DNA of 57,030 bases, counting the filler, from Sphacelaria rigidula (Eukaryota): assembly GCA_964200075.2 (NCBI GenBank). It is 7 parts of 7 records of this genome, joined end to end, with 100 filler letters (N's around TTAATTAATTAA, not from the genome) between each part and the next. Parts side by side here need not be neighbours in the genome. Positions count along the whole stretch, not along the records: positions 16,325 to 24,386 come from CAXNAA020012445.1; positions 24,487 to 32,547 come from CAXNAA020012446.1; positions 32,648 to 40,708 come from CAXNAA020012447.1; 4 more parts are not named here. One strand, 5' to 3'. This document shows, in pieces, positions 23,105-36,306 of this stretch; positions within the stretch are counted from its first letter, which is position 1, and each line of letters opens with the position of its first letter. Position numbers and translations under genes: made by a program. The notes under the pieces were generated by a model. That model made no database searches, was not told where the DNA came from, and was given only the letters and a program-made list of their open reading frames with translations.

Positions 23105-25548
23105 AGGTGCTTTCACCCCTTTCACATCACAGTTGGAGCTCCCGCACTGCCTCTGCTGTACTTTGTTTTTAGTTGCGTTGTGTTCAGACTACCGACCTGC
23201 CGTGTACACTACACCACCAGTGTGCCTTGCATGCGCGTCTCTTTTGTTCGTTGATCGCCTAGCCGTCTGTAGTTGTTGCTCTGTACTTTATCTTTAGCAC
23301 GATGAGTTCAAGGGCCCCTGATACACTAGACGCTCGCACCCTGCGCCGACTCCGACGCGAACGCACGCGAGCAATAGCACTTGCCCCCCCACCATCCTCA
23401 CCTTCCCGTCCCAGCTGCCTATCTGTGGCAACTGTCCCAGTAATAATACCCATGTACTCTGTAGCGGATGCGAGCCACCAGGTAGAGTCCAATTCATACC
23501 GTGACTCTGCTGCCCCATTGCATTCTTTTCCACATGCAGCTGCCCGTACATGATCAGCTACCAACTCTTTTCTACCACCACCGGCACTGTATCAGTGTGC
23601 ATCCTTTCGCTACACCCACCCCGATGCATGTACCGTCGGCCTTTTATTCTACAGTATCTATGTTGGCCGTCTCGTTCTGTCTCAAAATATGCTCACCATG
23701 CAGCACATTTGTTTTTGTGCCCAACCTCGGTGTTGACTGTACATTATCCGACCCCACCCTGTACCATGTATGTGACGCAAACATCCGTGATGACACTACA
23801 GTAGCACCCTCTTCCCAAGGTCCTGTGTGTGTGAGTTCCACATGGTCTCGGCGGGCAATATGTTGCGGACGGCGAGGTACCATGGTGTGCATACGTCGTT
23901 ACTGCTGCACTATCTGAACGAAATAATCTATATTGCATTGTAGATATGAAGATATGACGGCGCGGATATACAGGGTGTCGGGTCTTCTTCGTGTAATCCG
24001 AACGAATTCACGTCGGTACAGCACAGTTGACCCGACCCTCCGCTACCCCACGCGAAGATCATTTTGCTGTGTGGTGCTTTGTACGCTGCTGTTATGCTGC
24101 ACTACACATTTGTATTACGGTTGCGCTTGTGCATTTATTGCCTGTTTACCTGCACGGTGATACGTCATCAACTCCCGACTCGGGGCGATTTTCAGCGAAC
24201 TACACGGTACTATAATTAGCATCACCAGCTGCGCTGGTATTGCCTCTAGACACATGGCATCCGGTAGTTTTATTTTATTTTTCAGCTTCTACGTGTTCTC
24301 AAACTAGCGCTGAGCGGTTTCACGTTGCTGTTTGATGCATCCGACACGTCCATTCCTTCGTGGAATGCCGGTTAATTAATGCGCTANNNNNNNNNNNNNN
24401 NNNNNNNNNNNNNNNNNNNNNNNNNNNNNNTTAATTAATTAANNNNNNNNNNNNNNNNNNNNNNNNNNNNNNNNNNNNNNNNNNNNGGCGATTTTCCCTG
24501 TTTGGGGGTCAAAAAGTGGCTCGAACGCTATAGAAGCGAACAATCCGTGGGCCAAAAATCTGTGTGCCATAACATCCGGCCTGACACGGCAAATGCTCCA
24601 CAATTGCCCACGTACTCTAGTTCTCTTGTTTTGGTTTTTACGATGTATTCTATCAAGATTTATTTTTTCACAGCAAGGACGCCTCTCCATTCAACATATC
24701 AGCATCCACTGTTGTGGTCGCTGTTGCCATTCGATCGTCGCACACCGAGAGATTCATAGATGATAAAGAACAGTACATCACACATGCAGATATTGCCTCG
24801 AACGCATGTCTCGAACGCATGTCTCGAACGCACGCCTGAGCATGATGTATCACTTCGTCATGTCTAGTGACCTCATCTCCTGCTTCAATTTCAACTCGCC
24901 ATCTATGCGCTGAATAAGATCGGGGGTGTTAAGCTGAGAAAACGCACTCGTCAGAAACGGCGATGCATCCCGCCCTCTGACCCCACAAAGTACACACCAA
25001 AGGAGCGGTAGAACATGGAGGAAGTAAACCTAATAAACAGCACTTGCAGATCAGCTGACAATTTTGACACGATAAGGCATCACCTCCGCGATGCTTACGT
25101 TTGAGGTTTGCGTGTGCATAACACCGTTTCATTGCATATTATTTTATTTGCTCTGTACCTTCCTCTTTTTCCCGTCTTTTTTTCCCTCTTTTTTTCCCTC
25201 TTTTTTCCCCCCATCGTTTCATTGTATTTTTGTTATCTTCTCTGTACTTTCCTCTTCTTTTCCTCTTTTCCTCTTTTCTTGTTTTAGGTCGGCCATTTCT
25301 TTCTGTGCTTCGCTTGTGTTGACTTTTTTTCTGGCTTTTTTTTTTGTAACGACTTAGTCTGCTATGTCGTTCTGTTCGACCTCTTTTTCTTTTTCTTTTC
25401 TGTTCCTGTTTTTTCTTTTTTTCCTTAGAGCGTGTTTCAGTTTCGTTTCCTTGGGTACGTCTATCATGAGACCACTGCTGGACCCCTGGGGGGTCAGTTC
25501 AAGTGCGACAATCAATCGATCAATCAATCAACACCCGCTGCGACTTAC

Positions 25549-25771
25549 CGCTGTTGGTTTGAACCTCGAAGTTGGCGAAACCCATACAGCACGCCACCGC
25601 GAAGACCACGACTATGGCCAGCGTGAGAGACGCGTGTGCTGCTACCCATTTGCCGAGCCTGTAGAAAAAGTTTTCGATGAACCACACGAGCCGGACATGT
25701 CGCCGTCGCCAGGCCTCGCCGCTTGTGCGGGTCGCTCCCGGGTGGACACATGGAACGCACACCGCTACCAG
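25549..25771 (-). CDS. Exon encoding the first transmembrane region of a Patched/NPC1-like (sterol-sensing RND family) protein
   Basis: Acceptor cttcctcgctatccccag| and donor |gtaagt. Translation FIENFFYRLGKWVAAHASLTLAIVVVFAVACCMGFANFEVQTN matches the F-x-x-L-G-x-x-V-A-x-H...TM1...F-x-x-E-T pattern of Patched-domain proteins. Downstream exons not seen in this contig. Confidence 0.6.
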
Positions 25772-26164
25772 CTGGGGATAGCGAGGAAGGAGGTGAGGGG
25801 AGGCGCGTGGGTGTGCTGTTCAGTCAAGATATATTCAGCACAACATTTCATAGGAAGCACGTTGTGATACACACGGTTCCATTGGTTTCCACGCTTTGGC
25901 CCAAAGAATCATTCCCAAGCTATGCTCAGAATTTCTGAAGGGAATGAGGTAGGATTGGCGGAGATGAGGTAGACGGTAGAGAGCTCATTACGAAGGGTGG
26001 ATGTGAGAGAACCACTGGCCTGTGATCTTGAGCAGTTCTCGTCCATCCTGTTTGAGCTTCGTCCCGATAACCTCCCCTCCTCCCCCATCCTCCTCGGACG
26101 TTTTCCAACTGAAATCGAAGAACGAGGTATAGCTACCAGATGCACGCCCTATTAATTTGCTTTT

Positions 26165-26430
26165 GTTATTTGTTGCACTTCTAACCCCCCCACCCCCTCC
26201 TCGGGACGAGTCCGTGGTCTCAAGGGATCAACCCATCTCTCCCCGGTACACGCCTTGCATTTTGGTCTCGCGGGTTGGATCATGACTATCAGCACTTCCG
26301 CAATGCGACAACTCACGTCAAACAAACTCAATCAGATACCATGAAGAGATAACCCAACGCATCGTGAATCGAACCCTTGTTCTCTCCACCCTAATGGCGA
26401 CAGCCGGGCCATGACAACACCGGGGCGCAA
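26165..26430 (-). mobile_element. tRNA-derived SINE-like element
   Basis: Minus-strand head with B-box-like GGTTCGATTC and an A-rich 3' end. Body shared with 49262-49565 (ccgtRgtctcaRgggatcaacc, ttggatca, caactcacgtcaaac). Confidence 0.6.
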
Positions 26431-28110
26431 TTGTGATACATACCCAGCGTTCGTTTCCCAACTCCACCACGGTTTACACGATACACGCCGGTGTTGCAAC
26501 GCGGTTACGTAGCAAGATGTTCCGCAGGCGTGGGTGTGTGTCGAATTACGACATACCTAGACCACCAATCTGGTGGCATATAGTACCCGCTTGTAACCGT
26601 CTAAAATTCAATGCCCCACGATCTGGCTGAGGTTGGGGTCGTGCACGAGCAGATGGGGTTACACGATTTAAACAGGGCCAAACACGCATGCATGTTAACA
26701 GAGCTAGCCATGCAGTCAACATGAGGTGGTCCCTGTGGTACATACTTGTTTACAGGTACATTTGAATATTCGAAATGGATTCATGTTGCATGTACCACCG
26801 AAAACATCTGCTTCAAACCAGCGTATAACTTACACGCCGTGAACAAAAGATGACATCGTCAGATGGTGCACTGCGTCCCGTACGGGTTCTATAGTCTATT
26901 GCAATAGACACAATAATTGATACTGCACGCAGCATACTTTTTGACGATGCAATCTATTGCCCAGGGTGTGATACCTCACACGAGTGTGCATGCCCCGGAC
27001 AGGGCTACCGCACAGCCGTAACGTGTTGCTTCAGCCGCGCTCACACCGAGGCAGCATTTGCACGCAGGATCCCAGTTTAGCCTTTTTCTGCTTTTGTGGT
27101 TTTAGCCTCGCTATGACGGCTCCAGCTTTTGTTGCTGATTGGCAAAGGAGCATCACGCGAGGGTTTTTGTCATCGTGTCTTTGCAGCCAGGGGGGAAGGT
27201 CAGTAGTAGCCCTCTAGCCGGCGCACAAAAATACGTGGCTATTCCGAGATTCGTACTCGCTACGTACGGCGGATGGCCGTCGCTACCTGATGAAAACATG
27301 AGACACGCTAGCGTGCTTCTCAAATCTCGTGCCAACGCGAGCGTGGTGTCTGTCAGTATTCTAGCGATATACCATTCGTGAACCTGGCCGTTATTTCAGT
27401 ACTCAGTGTGTAGATATTTTCACCCGAGCTAGACAATCCACAACAACAGGATGGCACTCCACGGACAGCACCCACCGCTCTCGCTCACTCGCAGCTCACC
27501 GCAATACTCTGCGCTACATGTCCCCGCGTATCGTCAGTTTGAATTCAAGTAGCCCGCACTGCCTCATGATTTTCGCGGCCCCGGGGCAACGCTAGGCTAA
27601 CCCCAGGACTCTATGCAGTACAGATGGTAGTCGATAGCATGTTCCTGCCTGTATCGGTGCGCCGAGCTCGCCACTCGCATGTGACGGGCAAAACGTTGCA
27701 TCGGGCCGTGGTAAGTACATCACTACGGATGTTTTAACGCATTTGCGTGCGCCCTTGCCTCGTCGCCTATCCTCCCTCTCATAGTACCAGCCTAGTGGTA
27801 GCGTTACAGTTTTCTTACTTTGTCAAAGAGAATCGCTATTCCCTCAGGCATCCCCTGTGTTTTCACAACCATCCTGAGTAAATAGTTTCAAGTGGGAAAA
27901 CGAGGTAAATTTCCCAGTAAGGATTGGGAGGGACAAATGCCTCTTAACCTATCCCGAGAGATTACGTCCTTCCTAAGTATGGGTCGCTTGACCCTTAATT
28001 GATTGCTTGCGCTGCGGGAACCCTACATTATCGTGCAACATTCACCTGGGCTACATCTAGGATTTTCATGGGGGACGTGGGCATCCATCTGAGACCGCAC
28101 TGACACCAAG

Positions 28111-28620
28111 GTGATCGGCCGACGGTGTACACAGACAACCGAATTTGTCTGCCCCACTGATGCTATCAGGGCAGACGAGAATATTTCCATCGAAATCAAG
28201 AGCCGAATCAGCACGGCATGGGCACGCCTCCGAAAGTGTGACTCCCAACTCTACGATCGCCTCAACACTGAACGCTCTCTGAAAATCCGGTTTCTGAAAG
28301 CAGAGGTAGTACAAGCTATGCTATACGGATGGAGTATACAGACGCTACGCACAGAGTAGTTCGAAAGCGTGCGAAACTTCCCACCGCACGCTTCATTTGT
28401 ACGCAGTTGGGCTCCGCCAGGAGGATCGCACTAGACGCTATCCTCTTCCGTACAGAGCTGTCCTCGAGATGACGAAATGCAAGCGTATTGAAATGACCAC
28501 CCGCAAAAGTCAAGTCTGGTTCGCTGGCTCCCCTGTCCCAAAAGATGACACACGGCTCCTCAAGTGCATCATGCTCGGGTGGCTGGCTGCATAAGGGCTA
28601 AAGGAGGCTGACCTCCAAGT
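28111..28620 (+). mobile_element. Decayed 3' fragment of an RTE-clade LINE (RT thumb/C-terminal region)
   Basis: ISIEIKSRISTAWARLRK..SQLYDR...SLKIRFLKAEVVQAMLYG and RKSQVWFAG...DDTRLLKCIMLGWL, matching RTE/BovB motifs EI..RI..A, LLYG.E.W, R.RW.GH, RLPK..L.G. Stops and frameshifts present. Confidence 0.85.
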
Positions 28621-30843
28621 ACTGGGGGAGGGAGGGTGTAGAGGGGGCTAGAATCGAGAAACCATCTCGTGTGGCGATGTCTGTGTCCTCACACAAGGCT
28701 TCCAAGCGTTCGCATGGAAACCTTGCGAGTGAGTCGTCCACCCAAGAACGAGGTAACACCTATGTCTCAATGATGCATCCGCCGGGAAGTGACCGCCGCC
28801 CATCAGAAATGGACGATGCGTATGGAGGCGCTGCTACATACCTGACTCGGCGACAAAAAACAGTGATTTGAAGACGAAATGGGTTGGTGAGCCGGAGCGG
28901 GGATGGGTGACCACCTCCTGGCTTCGATTGTATGCCGTATGGTATGATCCATGTCTGGCCTTGAGGTCCGCTTTATTACACTGAACGCCATTCATGTGTT
29001 GCGCTCGTCTACCCTCTTCAGTATCGGCCTTGAATCGACGACATACATCGTACAGTGCACTGATCGCTGCATGGTAACTTTCAAAACCACGACAATCGCT
29101 GCCTGCAATCGTGCAAGGTGGTGGCACGCGTTGCAACATGACGGCGAGACATTACTGCACTGATCGATAACATCAACGGAGCAATGTGTCACAGGAACGG
29201 CAGCTGGGCTACCACCTGAAACACATGCACGCAATACCACTCCAGGACTGGGTGTATCAGATCGGACAGTCCAGGACCCGTGCGGTTCAGTTCCATTTCA
29301 CCTTCTTTGGCGAATGTAGCACCATTCTTGACCGTCGACGCCCGTTCGAGCTCTCCCCAGTTCGACTGCACACGGAACAGAAGATTAAGGGGCTCACTAT
29401 CATATCGAAATATTAACTCGTGCAGAGAGGAACCATATGCGCAGGTGAGTGAGCATCGCGCATTGTAGCTCTCTCAAGAATATATATCTCGACGCGGAGC
29501 TATCCCGTACCACACGAGGTTCGTAAGGATCGTGGAAGATGACAAAACAAGTACTCGTAGCGTTTTATAGTGCGATTTTCAGCGATGTGCGTGCATGCTT
29601 CGCGGGATCTATCTAAATCATAAACTATGAGAGAGGGAAATCGTCTATAATACCTCGCGACCCCTCGAAAAAACTTCACGGCGATGGTACGAATGGTACC
29701 GTAGTGGGGGAAAGCGTTCGAGCGACAATACCAGCACATGCTCACCGACGGGTCTGAACGATGAGTAGTTGTCGCAGATAATGTATGAGCATGGCCAGCA
29801 GGATGCTCGCAGGACGACCGGTAGCAGGCGCTCCGGGTGTGGGGGTAACCGCTCCGGCGATATGTATAAAAAAAGAACAGTGGTAACGCTTGTGCTGTCA
29901 TACGCCACTGTCGTCTGTAGTTGGCACCAACAGAGCCCAAGGTTGAAGTTATTGCAGCCCCATCCACCTCGCTGGGGAAACTTTCGTGATCACCTCACCA
30001 CCAACATACAACGGAGATCCAAGAGTAACGGTACCGTCTTATCCCCAATCCGGATGATGTCTGTCGGCAATATCATCGATGTTGAAGCGATGTGGCCCGC
30101 TCTTGCCGGGAAGCAAACCTGCGCCACCAGCACAGCTGGAAAGGTAGGCTGATGACGGGAAAATTCCACCTGATCATTGCTGTATTCGTGAATTGAAGTA
30201 CACCCACATCCCGGTTGTCGCTGCTCATATGATACTGCATACTGTCTCCTGTACACGGGTATCACTGCAGCAGTTGGATGATGCTTTTTCGCTGCAATGC
30301 AACGCGGGTTGCGCTTGTGGACGTCGTGTGTCGTAATTTTTGCTATCGATACGCTTATTTTTGCTCGGCCACTGTGTTTCCGCACTAGATAGCCGATAAT
30401 CCATCAGCAAGCGCACAAACGCAGCGTGATATGCTCGCTTACACACGAAGATGGAACTGTTCCGAAAATGACCCACGGTAGAATAGTTATCGCTACCATT
30501 GTCCCTTTAGGGTCAGGCCGCTGCTTATAAACAAGAAAAATATCTGGAAAGTGCCTTTTTGGGGTGCCTACGTTATTTTACGCCGTAAAAAAGAGCTCGG
30601 CGGAGTATAACACCTTGGAATGACTTGCTCTACTAGTTTAGGCGGTTCCAGGACATTTTCCCGTTTTCCGGTGCCTGTAGTTTTCATTTTTGTCAAACAA
30701 TATTTTTTGTCCAAAAATGATCAAGTCCGGAGAAGAACGGCGATTTTTCCTACATTTGACTTGAATTTGTGGGCAAAAGTTATTGTTTGGCTAAGGCCAG
30801 ATGTTATGACACAGATTTTTGGCCCACGGATTGTTCATTTTTA

Positions 30844-32347
30844 TAGGCTGGTTCAGGCAAATCACCCAGAAAACACTCATCGTCAAAACCTCATACCGTT
30901 TTAAGGAGTTAGACCCTGGAATTTTGCACAGATGTTCTATGGGGCATTACGCAACTTTCAAAGGTCGAGGTTTTTCGACTTTTCGACTTTTTTCACCGTT
31001 TTTCGGGGGTCCCAGTTTTTCCGGGAAACATCGGTCCAATCGGACCCCCGTACAACGGTTAAGAACAAAAAACTTGAAAAAAAACTCGTTCATTCAAAGT
31101 TGCGTAATAACCCAGAGCACAGGCGTCTAACTCCTTGAAACGGCGTGAGTTTTCCGCTTTCGTCCGATGAACTTTGACGTGCCACGATGAAACCGCAAAC
31201 TACTTGATTTTAGTAAGAAAACAGCGTTTTAGGTACTTCTTTGACGTGAACATGAAAATTCAAGCATCAGTTTATCGAGTTTTGCGACAAACGTTGGTGG
31301 GACCCTTCCTCGGGTTATGCGGGGTCAGCTCGCTCACGAAAAAATGGAAAAAACGTCGTCGTGCCGTTTTTCCCGGGTCCCAGAATGGAGACTACTTCGA
31401 AAAACGAGTTGGGCCCCTGTCGCACCCCCGAAAAACGGTGAAAACCTCAAGGAGTAAAAAACTGATCCATAAAAAGTAGCGTAATGATACATAGCATATT
31501 TTTGAAAACTTTCAGGATCTAACTCCTCATAATGGCGCGAAAGTTTGCGCGTTTGTGGAGGACGTGGGGTTGAAACGTGCAACTCCTAACTACTTGGTTT
31601 TAGTATGGAAACGTCTATTGAGGTGAAGTTTACGTCAAGGCAAGAAAAACTGTATGAGGTTTTCCAGTTTCTCAACCACACTTTGTACATGTGTTTCTTG
31701 GACTATCCCGGTTAGCATCATTTTATTGTTTTTCTTTTAGGGCATTCTGTACCGCCTTCCGGGGGTCTTCATACTGGGACCCTCGGAAGCCGGTAGAGGA
31801 CGGAGAAATCATGAAATATTGTCAAAACCACAATTTTTCCATTTGGATCACAATACCTACGGAATTGCCAAGTTTGAGGGCGATCTGAGCTTTTCTACAA
31901 CAGATCGAGGGGGCACCGTCACGAGGCTCCCTGGGTCTTTCGTGTCTATCATTAGTGGATATAAAACGACGCCAACACCCGACATAACCGAAACATCACG
32001 GTTTTGGTTATAATTCGACCCCGCAGAAGCCGTTTTCAAATATGTTTTTTTCGTTAGATTCCCGAGCCCATGACGGTTACAACGATTTGAAGCATGTGGA
32101 GATTGGGTGGAAATTGGGCTTGGAACTCGTAATTACGATCTCGGAATAATTTGACGGGCGCTGATTGGTCGATGTACCTTTTCGCCCTTAGCGCTACCAC
32201 TATGGCCTTACACTCGAATCCGGCTATTTCACGCTCTTCAGCTGTCCATGGCGGTCAGTATGATATCATTTATGCGACTATTGGGTAGGTATTGCCAAAG
32301 GCATTTGCTGATGACACAATTTTGGGTGATAAGCGTGAACCAGCCTG
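30844..32347. mobile_element. 1504-bp non-autonomous TIR DNA transposon with TA target duplication (Tc1/mariner-type ends)
   Basis: Left end taggctggttcaggcaaatcacccagaaaa versus reverse complement of the right end caggctggttcacgcttatcacccaaaatt. TA at 30842-43 and 32348-49. Joined flanks match the reverse complement of the uninterrupted copy at 24487-24612. No transposase ORF. Confidence 0.85.
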
Positions 32348-32647
32348 TATGGCGTTTTAGCCACTTTTTGATCCCCGAACAGGGAAAATTGCCAACACAC
32401 GTCTTGGACACTTTGCATCACCCCGCAGAGAGGAGGCTGGCTCATTTTTCAGATTCGCTTGGCTCCAAGGTTTCGAGAGCGGCCGCTGAACAAAAATCCG
32501 TATGCAACAAAATCTACGGCGGTCTCCACAGATTATTGGGCAAACTGNNNNNNNNNNNNNNNNNNNNNNNNNNNNNNNNNNNNNNNNNNNNTTAATTAAT
32601 TAANNNNNNNNNNNNNNNNNNNNNNNNNNNNNNNNNNNNNNNNNNNN

Positions 32648-35600
32648 AGAACTGGAAGGCGGAGTAATCACTTGGGCCATTAAGCGCCTTCGACAATATC
32701 TGTTTCATGTGCCGTTCGAGATCCATACGGATCACGGAGCACGTGAACAACTCGCCAAGGTTGGTGAACACAACCCTCGTGTACAACGATGGTTGGAATT
32801 TCTAACAGCATACCAGTATACCATTAAGCACCGTCCAGGCAAAACCAACGGGAACGCGGATCTTCTTTCCCGCCTGCCTCTGCCGCCTACGGCCGCAGAT
32901 TCCAGCCCGGCTTGCCGTTTAACGGAACCCGATGAACCCGGAATTTACGCGATCAGACGTTTTTCAACGCCCGTTTACGCCCTCGACCTCCAGTGCCCGG
33001 AAACAGGTATGCATATGGGAGGACCTCGCCCTCTACCATATGACGCCGTCTTGGGTGGGTTAAAACCCACTACCCCCGATTTTGTCGATTTTCGCACTTT
33101 CGGTACTCGCGCGAAACTGTTTGCGGAGACACCCCCAGTCACCCACCTTATCTCCGACAACACGCGCTCTCAGTCCGCCGCCCGCACCACACCGAGTGCC
33201 TCGCCGCCACCGACAACACCTTCAACCTCTATTAGCCACCCAGCACAAGTTCCACGGACCAACACGCAAAGCTCTGCAAAACCTTCAGCACCGTGCGCCA
33301 CGCGCCGCAAAACATCTTCGCCGCGCACTGATACAGCCCCGCCGCCTATACTGGCGCCGCAAACACCTTCTACCCCCGAGGACGGAACTGACGCCTCGTC
33401 TCCTGCTCCCGAGACAGATATTGACGTCGGCATTCCTGCCCCGTCGCCTGTTCCCCCGCCGCCTGCCCTACCATGTTTGGTCGGCTCGCCAGCGGAAGGC
33501 CAACTACGCGAGTTTCTCGCCAGCTACTCCCACCGTGATGGGGCTCGTGAACAAAACGCAGAACCGCTATGTCGCGCAGCCATTCGGTACTTACAGGTTG
33601 ACTGTCCAGTCCCTTTTCCGTCCACACTTCTGGCCCCGGTTGGGACACTGCCACCGCCAGATATTTCTGACGTATACGAGCTCGTGCTTAAAGGCACCCT
33701 TTTTACTATGGATGAAGGCGTGCAACTACTCGTACGTCGGCCCACGCCCTTGACAGGCACAATTGCCGCCTCAACTACGGGACGCACCGCTCGACTTCTC
33801 AATGACGAACCAACGCGCATATATGTGCCATTATTCATGCGCCCCTGGGTCATGAAAGGCTGCCATACAGACTTGCCATGCCACCTTGGCGTCACCCGCA
33901 CCCTCGCGCTCTTGGAACGCTTCTACTGGTGGGTGGGCATGGAAATTTCAACCCGCTTCTGGATTCGCAATGCTATAAATGCCTAGCCCGAAAAACTTCA
34001 CGACAGACAGTACGCTGGCCCGTGATCTCTACGGGACTCCCCGACGAGCCCGGCCACCTTGTGTTCTTTGACTACTTGGGCCCTCTCCCGACTGCAGATC
34101 GCGGCAACACCTATACCTTACTCTTCACCGACCGCTTTAGCCGCCACGCGTCCATGTACGCGGTAACCGCCACAGATTTCACTGCCGCCGGAACGGCCGA
34201 CATACTGGTCCATGATTACATTAAGCACTACGGCTGCCCGAAGCGACTACTTTCAGACAATGGTCAGCAATTTTGTTCAGATCTCTCGGATGAGCTTTAC
34301 AAGCTCCTGGGCATCCGCAAAATTGCCACGAGCGCCTACCACCCAAACGGTAACGGTGGTACCGAAAGAGTTAATCACACCATGGCCCAGATCCTCTCTA
34401 TGGTTGTCAATGACCGCCAAAATGACTGGGACCTACATCTCTCGCACGTCGTGTTGTCCTACAACAACTCGGTTAATGCCGCCACAGGCCTTTCTCCGAA
34501 CGAGCTCCATCTTGGACGCTACCCTCGGCTGCCTATCACCGTGTTCGAGCGACACACGTTCGACGGTCACGAAGGATTGGATCAGGATCAGATATCCTAC
34601 AACGAGCTCGCACATGCACAACAACGCAAAGCGTTCACCCTCGTGCGCGAACAACACGCTATCAATGCCTCGCGCCTGGAGAGATCTAACACTGCTCTCT
34701 ACAACCTCATGCACAAACGCCCTAACTAGAAAGTTGGTGATTGGGTTTGGATCTACAACAGCTTGTCGACCATCCGCCAAGGCACCAGCAAGACAGCCAA
34801 CGAAACAATTTTGAAGACAAAATTGTCCCTTAATTGGACAGGACCATTCAATATCATTACAGTCGGACCATCGTCATCATCACCAGATGGGAAACCCGTT
34901 GGTAACAAACTGCTCTATCTCGACTTGCCTCACGACTTCCAGGGCAAAGACACCAAGCGCCGCGTCTCCGTGCACAGATGCAAACCCTGCACGAACCCGC
35001 ATGATACAAGCGACAAGCCCAAGTACCCGCCGGCGGGACTCACACAGTATGTTCTCAACAGCTACTCGACCAAGTCCCCGCCCTACCACGTGACAACCGA
35101 CGACGTGACGGAACAGCCCCTTCGGTTGGCTGTGTCCTCCATTTCCGGCCACCAGATAACCCGTGGTCGAGGAGGCAAGATCGCTGTCATGTATAAGACA
35201 CACTGGCACGGTATTCGGCGAGCGTCTTGGGAACGCGAATCCGACCTGCAAATGCACCGTCGTGCAATCCTCCTTTACTGGACGCAATCTCAACATCAGC
35301 ATCTTGCTCACAACAAGAAATATCGCAACATGCGCCGTGGCGCAGCAGCCCGCGAACTTCACCGCAACCAGGGACTACGCTCTGTCGCCGATGGTTACGA
35401 ACCCTCCAAGACTTGTAAGACGAAGTTCTTTGCGAACCAGCGACTCCTGCCCAAGGGTAGCTACCTTTGGTCCAAAGGCAGCGACAACCTGTGGTGGTTG
35501 GGTCAGACCCACTCCGCTAACCTGGGTTCGGCCGACACATACATCGTGCGCTTCATCGATGATCCTGGACCCATACAGCTCAAGCTTCGACCAGCACTTC

Positions 35601-35722
35601 ACACCACCAGCCCATCTGCACCACGCGGATCCTGGTGTCTCCAGCGCCTCAAGTCCAAAGGACTTCGCCGCGGTCTCCAGCGCAACATCGACCACACTCA
35701 CGACGTCCACGCCCCGCTTTGA
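32648..35722 (+). mobile_element. Second Ty3/Gypsy pol (RNase H end-tether-integrase-chromodomain-Tudor-like domain), pseudogenised
   Basis: FEIHTDH, GNADLLSRLP, CHTDLPCHLGVTRT..CYKC, FDYLGP, SDNGQQF, NGGTERVNHT, WTGPFNI. Colinear with 17443-20558. Frameshift ~33970 and TAG at 34727. Confidence 0.95.
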
Positions 35723-35967
35723 ACCACGCTTCTTTGTCGCGACTGTTGCCCCACCCCCATTTTTTCCCGTAAGCATTGTGTGCCCCCCCCTCTTCTCCAC
35801 CAGGATCCTCTTCTACCACACCACAATAGCGCGAGCTACATCGGACAACGATCAAGAACTACTGACACGACCGCTACCTACGACTGCTGGGGCCATAGTA
35901 TCCCCTCCATCTGGCGCTCGATCTCGTTGGATCACCGATTTTCAGATTTTCGGTCTTGTAGTTTTTA

Positions 35968-36137
35968 GTACCTTTGGATTCCCCCAGGTTAAACTCTGCT
36001 CCCTGTTGTACCTTTGGATTCCCCCATATTGAAGCTCTGCTCCCTGTTGTACCTTTGGGTTCCCCCCAGGTTGAAGCTCTGCTCTCTGTTGTACCTTTGG
36101 ATTCCCCCAGGTTGAAGCTCTGCTCCCTGTTGTACCT
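35968..36137 (+). repeat. Tandem repeat, 40-42-bp unit, about 4.2 copies, in the Gypsy 3' UTR
   Basis: Unit gtacctttggattcccccaggttgaagctctgctccctgtt starts at 35968, 36008, 36049, 36091 and 36132. Confidence 0.92.
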
Positions 36138-36306
36138 CCCTGTTTTCCCCCTTAATTTTTGCCAAGACGCCGAAGCAATTTGTGCTTCTTCGTTGATCGC
36201 TGGCACACCGAAGCAGTTTGTGCTTCCGCGTTTCGGAGCAGTTTTTTCTGCTCCTCGAAGCAGTCTATGCTTCCTTTCTTTTGAGGTGTGGGAGTGGGTA
36301 CAGGAT

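Noticed and set aside
28650-30480. Short ORFs, including an HVLR motif suggestive of a tyrosine recombinase
   Set aside because: No other YR motifs; the region looks like highly decayed sequence that cannot be assigned.
16325-35722. Two Gypsy elements and intervening repeats as one nested cluster
   Set aside because: They lie on different contigs separated by artificial spacers.
35968-36137. CRISPR-like array
   Set aside because: Units are contiguous with no unique spacers, no cas genes are present, and the context is a eukaryotic retroelement.
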